The notes beneath the pieces were generated by a model that saw nothing but the letters and a program-made list of their open reading frames with translations, was not told the origin of the DNA and made no database searches. A stretch of 64,000 nt of DNA, taken from positions 29,698,001 to 29,762,000 of the forward strand of contig OX597842.1 in assembly GCA_951406725.2 (NCBI GenBank), written 5' to 3'. The DNA comes from Octopus vulgaris. Lineage: Eukaryota. This document shows positions 23,575-33,700 of this stretch, piece after piece (position 1 is the first letter of the stretch; each line of letters begins with the position of its first letter). Both the position numbers and the translations under genes were made by a program.

Positions 23575-25154
23575 AAATATATCTATATATATATATATAT
23601 GTGTTTGTGTGTATCTCACTTCCATAACATTCATGTATATGTGTGTGTATGTACAGGAATGTTAAGGATGTGGACACTAACCAACTCACCTGTTTTATGA
23701 ACCCCTTATTAATATAGCAACATCATAATTCTTCTTTACTAGTTTTGATCTGCTAATTATATGTTCACTCTTGTTCTGCTCCCCTAAAATTTACTATAGT
23801 GAGAGATAAATATAGATTAGGATGAAACAATCTGTTTAAGACCTCTTAATAGATTTATCATGTCCCTTACACATATCCCATGTACATTTTCAATTTCTAT
23901 TTTTACTTCCACAAAGGATTCAGTGAAACTGGATATCGAGAATCATAAGAAAATGACACCATTGATGGAAGCCGTGTCCAGGGCCCACCTCGGAATAATC
24001 CATAAACTTATTATAAATGGTGCAAACATAAATGCTATCAACAATGATGGCAATAATTGTTTGCACCTCTCAATAATAAAAAAAGAGATGTTCCATTCTG
24101 AGGTGGAACCCATTCCCATTTTAGATGAGGTAAGTTTTAAAAATTGTTTGTGAATATGTGTGTGTGTGGTTGGCATTAGGAAGGGCATGCAACCGCAGAG
24201 ACTATGCCAAAACTGGCAATTGGTGCCTGAGCAGCTCTGCAGCTGCCCAGCTTCTGCCAAACTATCCAACCCATGCCAGCATAGAAAACGAATGTAAAAT
24301 GATGATGAGGAGGATGTGTGTATGTGTGAATGAGAGAGAGAGAAATAGAGAAACAGGCAGACATTGTTTGCTATTTTCTTTCACTCCCATCCACTTCTCT
24401 TCCTTTAGTATTAAATAATTCAGTTTCTCCTGATAGCACTAGTTGTATTATGTAACTAACAATATTCCATCTTCTTTCACCTTCAAAAGCATGGCCACTC
24501 CACTGTAAAGAAGGTAACCCATCTTAAATATGTGTCATGTAAACACTGCCATAACTGTATGAAGGAGAGGTGACCAACGACAGAGATAAGTCTTTAAATT
24601 TAAGAAAGAGAAATTCACAAACTGTTTTAAATATCGAATTTCAAGTTAAACGAGTTGAACTGTGTTAATTGCTAGAAAGCATATTTCATTATTCTTTTTC
24701 AAAGAAAGGAAAAGGAAAATAAATTCGTTTATGGACAATTAAATTTAAAGAAAATATATTCATGGACTTTGAAGAAAGTTTCTTTTATCAGTATGATAAT
24801 GAATATATAACTGAGTTTATTCAAAGTTGATAATTAGGGTTCCAAATATTGCCAGGGCTTGGACTTTGTGTGTATATTGACTACAGTAATACCCCTTGCA
24901 ATGATTGTAATGAAGGGAGATGTGATGAGAATGAATTTACATTAAGATGTGTGCACAAAATTGTAATGCCACGAGATTGTATGTATGACGATGTAACTAG
25001 ACAGATAGTCATAGAGGCCCTTTGTTACCAACAAAGATAGAAGCTCTCTGAACTTTGCCCTGCTTAATCTTATTCTAGCAGCTATGCTCTTGGCGCATCC
25101 ACCTCCACTACTGACTTGATTACCTAGATAACAGTAGCTATCAACTACTTCTAG

Positions 25155-25202
<48 letters not shown>

Positions 25203-28200
25203 GTGTGTGTGTGTGTGTGTTTGTTTGAAAGACCTCAGCATCTATCCACTGCTAGATCTGATGGTGTCTATTGTCTGTTGTTGCAGAATTTAAGCAACTC
25301 TTTGATTCCCAAATATGTGTGACTGTATTTCAGACAGTTAATGGTCACCTATGTATTGTTGTAATGTCTTCTTTGGTGAGAAGAAGCTACTCTAGCAGTC
25401 AACGACCCATTATTATAGGAATTGTCTATCAGACTAACAGTTTCAACAATTTCTTGACTATAATGTGTTGGTGTGTTGCCTCAACCACCACACCAATCCT
25501 TACTTCCTTTACTTCACTTCATCAGCCAAAAATGTTTCTTTATAAATTTTGGAAACATTATTGATATGCTTGGATATGTCTGTCTGGTGTTGGTTTTGTT
25601 GCTGTGTCTGAAGAAATTATTATGTTCTTGGTGTTCTCTGTTCATTGTTTGTTGTTATGGAAATGAGTTGCACTTTGTGACCAGTGAAACGTTTCCCAAT
25701 CAATATTTGGATTATCGAAATTACCAGTAGGAAAATATGGGTGACTGCTTTCATAGATGCAGATCTGAAGATGTCAAAAATCTGAGTTTTGATGGCAGTT
25801 TTGCAGATGGTAAACAAATTCAAGTAGGAGTATATATGTTGCTAAAAAAATACTTCTTGTTGCGACCAGTTTAAATCTCCATAAGGAATTACAGAAAATC
25901 TTGAGTGACCATAGACCATCAGACGACCCCCATGGTAATTAGAATGGCCTTTGTGTAACAAAATGTAGCTTGCCATTGTTTGTTGTTATGTTGTTGTGTT
26001 ATATTTATATATACAATACTCTTCCATAAGTATTTCTTTTGTTATGGCCAGTTGGCTTTATCAAGCCAGTTGTAAAGATAGGTTCTTGTTGGTTTGTTGT
26101 GTTCTGTTATTTGTGATACTTGTTCCATTATATTTCCTACATTTGACATGATTTGTTTATCTACAATATATATTTGTGTAATATTCTACTCATCGTTTTA
26201 TATTTCATCATTTGCAGTGCTGCAGAGAGCTCCAACTGGACATGGATAGGAGGCTCTCTGGAATAGTAGTTTTGAGTTACCTTGCCAGCCAAGGAGCCAG
26301 CTTATACCATCATAATAATAAGAAAATGACCCCATTGGACTACATAGAAAATCAACATTTGAAAGAAAAATTAAAAACATTTTTACAATCACTGTAAGTA
26401 CTCACTGGCAATGCCAAGATAAACCAGGACATTTTCTCTTTTGTATATAATCATGTTTATATGTTTATTTAGTTTGAATTCTCCCAATGTATTATTCCGT
26501 CATTAGTGTCTTGACTCAAGATAACAATAATGATTTCCAATTCTGGCACAAAGCCAGCAAGGTCAGGGAGGGGATAAGTCAATTACAACAGCCCCAGTTT
26601 TCAACTGGTACTTATTTTATCAACAGCAAGGTAGAGTCAACCGCAGCTGAATTTGAACTCAGCATGTAAAGGCAGACGAAATGCCAGAAAGCATTTTGCT
26701 CCGTGTGCTAATGATTCTGCCAGCTTGCAGCCTTAAGACCACACAACAATAATGAGAACAATAAACAGAAAATACAGTTGTTAGTGGATCAAACGAAAAA
26801 CACTATTTTGATGACATTCACATGATTGCTTGTGTTGACAGATATACCTCACCATCCACCCCTGACTATTTTAGAGTTCGGTGACCTCCATGAAAATGTA
26901 GTACTAAATAATAAAGTGAATGAACACATTTTGAAATTGCTATTTAGAAGTAAATAGGATTTATCTGTCTACCAACAATTTTTCTCTCTCTCTCTTCTCT
27001 GACTCAATTAGTTGTCATGTACGCTTTCATGTGAAAATAACCTAAAACACACACTAACAATGTGTATGTCATCATCATCATCATCATTTAACGTCTGTTG
27101 TCCATGCTGGCATGGATTGGTCTGTTTGACTGGGATGGCATGTTGGAAGGCTGCACCTTAGTCAGCCTTTGAAGTTTTCAGCCCAACCTTGTATGTGTAT
27201 GTTAATGTGACACTTGTATACACACAAATCTGCTTGTATGTAATTGTTTACAGAAGAATTTACGATGTACTCTTGCTGGTTACTGTTGTGCCCCTTAATA
27301 TTCTGTACTCTAAACATGTCCACAACGAAATATTTTATTATAAATGAATGTTAATGATGGGATGTGTTAATATTTTGTTCCACAGGTGTCGGTGGTGTCA
27401 AGAGAAAAAGGCTACTGTCACACTCCATCCATGTCAACATACTGTTATTTGTCAGAATTGCTGTTCTCAAATGACATTTAAGCAATGCCCCATATGTCGA
27501 CAACACATACTCCGGAAAAGTGGATTTGGTAAGAACATTCTTTCTTGATCTGTCTGTTGTCTCATTAACTTTCTGGTATGGAATAATGCATTTCATATTG
27601 TAGTGGAGACATGCAACTCCTTGTTTGTAAATATATATTATGAACACTTGTTATAATGTTTGCCATCCTTTTAGACATTTTATACTCACACTCGTTAGTT
27701 TTTAGATGTGATTAATGCTAAAAGAGACATTGTTTTCTGACTCTTTCACCTTTTGGCTTTACTTTTGAGTTGATTCGTTTTAATTCGAACATGAAGCCTG
27801 GTCATTGCTCCAAGGTGGTATCAGAAAGTTCACAGACTAGTTCTGTAGCATGCCAACAGATGGCTGCACACCGTTGCGCACACAGTGAGAGCTAGCAATG
27901 ACTTTCATGAGGCAGTGTGCTGGGTGACACCACTGCGTTTACTTCAAAAGTTGTGAAATTTGTGCTTTTGTGGTCATTTGTAGGCTGTAGTCTGCAATTT
28001 TCTAATGGGCAGGAACAAATAACCAATGTGAAATTTTGCGTTAAACTTGTCCAGCAAAGACATAAGAAAGAAACAACAAAACTAAAAGAAAAAGAGTGTT
28101 ATGAAGTGATAACTGAATGAGAGAATTTCAGAATTGTTAGATTAGTATATAGGATATCTTAAGAGAAAGATGAGATTTAGAAAGGTTTGCCTATTTTGTT

Positions 28201-30684
28201 GTGGTTCTAAATATTGAACTATTATATAGTAACAGCTTAGAAAGTGTTGACCGAAAGCATAGTGGTCACCAATTGACTATTGATGATATGAATGCCTTAC
28301 AATAATGGAATATAGATTATTAAAAGAGACAAAGAAATTTTACTATGAAGTATAAAACTTTGAAATGCTTATTTCAGTGTGTCCAAAGTCTGAAGAAGAA
28401 GCAGCAAAGGCAGTTGCAGAGTCTGTTGGTGAGTATAAAATAACTGTAATTGATTTCTATAAATTTTACCTTCACCTGAGTTATATTATTTGTGTGAGTG
28501 TCTGAGAACAGGTTCCATTCCTAATTTCCAATTCTTATTTCAGTGTGTCCAAAGTCTGAAGAGAAAGCAGCCCAGGCGGTTGTAGAATCTGTTGGTGAGT
28601 ATAAAATAACTGTAATTGATTTCTATAAATTTTACTTTCACCTGAGATATATTGTTTTTGTGAATGACTGTAATTGATTTCTATAAATTTTACTTTCACC
28701 TGAGATATATTGTTTTTGTGAATGACTGTAATTGATTTCTATAAATTTTACTTTCACCTGAGATATATTGTTTTTGTGAATGACTGTAATTGATTTCTAA
28801 AAATTTTACTTTCACCTGAGATATATTGTTTTTGTGAATGACTGAGAACAGGTTGTAGGAAAGAGAAGACACAATGAAGAGAAAAACAGTGTTATCAAGT
28901 GATAATTGAATGAGATATTCGCAGAAATGTTAGATTATGTAGGCTGTCTTAATAGAGAGAGAAAAGGGGAGGAATTTAGGAAGGTTAGTCTATTTTGTGG
29001 TGTCCCTGAATATTGAGCTTTAACATAGTATCACGGTAGAAAGTATTAAAATATTAGCCAAAACCATAGTGGTCACCAGTTGACCATTGATAATAGGAAT
29101 GCCTGACAATAATAAAATATAGACTATTAAGAAAAATAATTTAAAAAAAATTTAACTATACATTGTAAAACTTTTAAATATTTATTTCAGAGAGTTTAAA
29201 TTTGGAGGAAAACCGCTTCCATAGCACATCGAAGAAAGTGGCAGTTAAGCAACAGCAAGTTGGTGAGTATAAAATAAGTCCGTAAGTGATTTCAAATTAG
29301 TTTTACTTCACTTGAGCATATTTTGTTTTTCAGAAGGACTGAGAACAGGTTCCATTCTTAATTTTCAATTAATAATTCTTTTGAAGAAATTGCTGAAATT
29401 TAAGAGAATGCCCACCAAGGTTAGAACAGACAAAAGTTAATGATGTCTTTTGGAATAGAGAACTAAAATATGTTATTTGGTTGGGGGTGAACAAGTGCTT
29501 TAACGACAAGGCTTTCGTTTTGCATTTATACTGTGTTTACTAATAAGTTGTTGTTTTAGCAGGAGTCTCTCATAATCTGGCAGACTTACAATGAAATGCA
29601 TTCCCAGTGTCAACATCCTGTCTTTTTGTCACTGATAGGAAATCTATCATTACATCCATTAAACACATTGTCTTTATCGAAGTAGAAAACACTGGCTTGC
29701 TACTGAGATAGCCATTGCTTCTTTGTTGTTTTTCTCTCTCTCTCGCTTTCTCTTTTTGATATATACTAGATGCAAGATACAATAAATGACATTGTCCTCA
29801 TCATTTATCATCAGATAAATGTTCCTGTGGAATGGATGGTGGAGGGTGGGGGTGGGTCACTGTCCAAGTCAGTTCTTATTAGCAGTTACTGTCCACCTTC
29901 ATTGGTTGAGGATCATGTCCCACTAAAACATTCCAGCTTTCCTATGATGGTCTACCCTTCCTAACACCATCCACTTTATAAAGGATCCTGGGTACATTTT
30001 ATTGTGGCACAAATACAAGAAAGATTGTTATGTATTCAACAAAATTAAACATTCCTCTCGAACTTATGCAAAGAAATATCAGACATGTTGAAAGAAGAAA
30101 GGAAAGTAAATGAATTAGAGAGCAACTCGTTAAGAAACCTTATGAGGTTACTCGGAAGCTGTTTGCAGATGCTAAGAGTGGCAGGATAAAATGTAATAAA
30201 TGAAATCCAACTTAGGTATGGTTAGTGGTCAGTAGGAATAGCTAGAAAAGCTTTTTTAGCTATCCCTACTGACCACAATATATATATATATTTAACTTTT
30301 TTGTTTTATTATTTACTAATTTGAAATTTCACCAGTTACAATCTGCTTTATTTTTGCAGCTATTAATCTTGTCCATTTCTGCCAAGGTGATGAGTAAGTA
30401 CCAGTTGTGTACTGGGATTGATGTAATCAATTAGTCCCCTCCTCTGTAATTGCTGGCCTTGTACCAAAATTTGAAACCAATATTACCCATCCCCGTTCAA
30501 CTGTCTTCAATTCGCACACTGCTACATGAAACCACAACATGCCATTATGGGTTTATTTCTGCTAGTTATAGGCCTGAATGTCCATGTTAGCTAACTGCAG
30601 GTTACTCTCATGGTCAGATGATTAACCTTGGCCATTACATTGTATCGTTTAAAAAGAAACAATGTTTTAGTAGTTGAATTAAGC

Positions 30685-30722
<38 letters not shown>

Positions 30723-33700
30723 ATTATTAACATTCATTCTCTGAGTTCAGTACCTACTTGGGTTGACTTTGCATTTCATTCCTCACGGGTCAGTAAAACA
30801 ATTACAAGTTACATAACATGTCAAACTAATTGACTTCATACTCTCTCTCTACAGATCTATCCACTTGTATTAATCGAAGAATTCATAATTAACATTCATT
30901 TTTCAAAACCCTCGTTACCACACTATATTGCTGTCCAACTGAATCATCTCTTCCAATCATATCAAGTAAAACCTTCCGTTTTTCTGTATATTTTGGTGAG
31001 ACTTCAGTTGGCTTTTTAGTGAGACTGATTGTTTGGTGTTTTAGAACATGACCTTTAAGCCAAGTATTGAGAAGACGACCCATCAAGCCAAGTAAAATTG
31101 CAGTCGTGGCAGATACTGGTGCCGTGCTGGTGGCATGTAAAAGCACCCATTGCACTCTGGGAATGGTTGGCATTAAGAAGGGCATCCAGCCGTAGAAACC
31201 ATGCCAAATCAGACTGGAGTCTGGTGCAGCCTTCCAACTTGCCAGCCTCAGTCAAACTGTCCAACCCATGCCAGCATGGACAGTGGACGTGAAGTGATGA
31301 TGATGAACTGGAGGGGCACATACAGGAGATCTACACTGATCCTAAGTGAGATAATCCATTCCCACTCATGGACAGTTTGAAATGCCCCCAAAAAACCATG
31401 AATCAAATCTCAACTTGGTGGTTTCTAGCAGAAACAATTATATAGCTGAGTGAAGAAGGCAAAAGCAAAGAGTGCCCCAGGAGGTGATGGTGTATCATAG
31501 AAAGTGTACAGGTATTGTACACAATTATGTTATAAGCTGTACTTAAAGAGTTGTGGCATAAAGGTGAAATGGTTGATGACTAGTACAAGGCAGAAAAAAA
31601 TTACTTACCAAAGAAAGCTGAAACAGAACTGATTGAGCAGTTCAGACCCTTTTCAATCTTGAATGTAGATGGCAAGATTTATATGGGTCCAGTTGCCAAG
31701 AGATCAGCTACACATCTCCAAAATAATGACTATGAGACCGAGAGTGTCCAGGATGCTGGAATGTCCAGAACCACTGGATGGGTAGAACATGATTTTTCAA
31801 TCTGCAATGCAATACAAGACACAAAGAAGAATAAAAGGGATTTGAACGTTGTATGACCTGATCTGGTTGATGCTTATGGTTCTGTACCACACAAATTAGT
31901 GATGGAACCAATGAACTTCTTTTATATATGAGAGAAGATTAAAGATCTGACTAGAAGCTGCTGTAATAATTTCAGAATGTGGTTCCTGACAGAAAATTTC
32001 ACAACAGACATTGTTTTGAAACTGTAATTGCTGTAGGTTGCACAATATCAGTCATTTGGTTTGTACTTGTTATGGAGATGTTACTTAGATCAGCAGATTG
32101 ATCAGAAGAAATGGCTCGAGTGAAATCACCCAAGAAGGAATTTAAAGGATGATATAACAATACTAACAAGAGACCAAAAGGGTATGCAAATAGTTCTGGA
32201 TGGACTGGATTAACTAATTCTTTGGTCAAGAATGGGGTTTAAACCAAATAATTAATGCAGTCATTTGTCAAAAGGTTAGTTGAAGCAAGTGAAGTTCAAA
32301 ACAGCATACAAAACCATGCCAAGGGTTAAAGAGAAACCTCTAAAATCTTTTGGATGATGGTATGCTACCTCATTGTCCAGTAAGAGTAGAGATATAGAGG
32401 TCATGGCACAAACTGAAGATGGGTTAAAGGCAATAGCTAAGCCAACATTTCCTAGCAAATAAAAGATTTGATGCTTCCAGTTTGATCTGTATCCCTGCCT
32501 TGCTTATAAAATTCTTGAGTATCAGTTTTTATGCAACATTTCAGATTTTTTTACTGCTATAATTTATGGATGAACAATTATATATAGTTAATAAGATTTT
32601 GTGAAAGCATAAAGTGTTTGGATACCTGATATGTTTTTGCTCCCCCTCTGCCCACCTGGAAAGAAATGTGCTTCATTAAGAAGTCTTCTAACATCTCAAA
32701 TACATGTGGCATATATATAAGAAACAAAAAATGAAAACTAAAAGAAAAACAGTGTTATCAAGTGATAATTAAATGAGATAATTGTAACATTGTTAGATTA
32801 TTTAAGATGTCTTAATAGAGAAAGGAAATTGAGGAAGGTTAGTCTATTTTGTTGTAGACCTAAGTATTGAGCTATTTACCTGGTCCCACTGGAGAAAGCA
32901 TAAAAATGTTGACCAAAAACATAGTGGTCACCCGATGACCAGCGATGATGACAGGTATGTCCCACTATAATAAAATATAGATTATTAATAAAGAATTTTT
33001 ACTCTCAAGTATAACAGTTGCAAATATTTATTTCAGAAACTCCAAAGTTAGAGGAGAAGTGTCTCCAAGATGTTGCAAAACTGTTAGGAGTCAACTGGCA
33101 GCAAGTTGGTGAGTATAAAATAACAGTACTTAATTGATTTCAATAAGTGTCAGCTTTTGTTTGTCAGCATGACTAAGAGAAGATCCCATTCCTACTTTCC
33201 AATTGAAAGGCTAGCTGTAAAGTGATTCTATTAAAGGTGTTGGTATTACTGAAACATCATAAAATTCTAGCCACCGAGATTAGCGGGGTCAGTAAAATGG
33301 CTAAATTAGAGGACACAATTGATTTAATATTGTCTTTTGAGAGAGCAAATTAAAATATGTCATTTAAGGGTAAACTGGTGAGTTAATGATAATTTGTTTT
33401 GTTTTACATTTTTACTAAGTTTACGTTTTGTTGTTTTTTCTTTGCAAAATGCCTGTTTTAATCAGAAATACGATGGAAAGTGTTTCAGGTGGGACATCTC
33501 TGTCTTTCAGTTGGTAGTACAGGACTACATCATTAAGTGCATCCTTTTTTACATGCTCCTGTGTATAGTGAGTGGCATGTTGCAGTCACTCCACTGTCCA
33601 GTGTCCATTTAGTTGTGAACCACTCTTCACTGACATGTAATGGTTGATTGTACGTAGGTGGATGGTGTTTATGTTGGTGATTCCTGTCTTCTTTCCTGCA

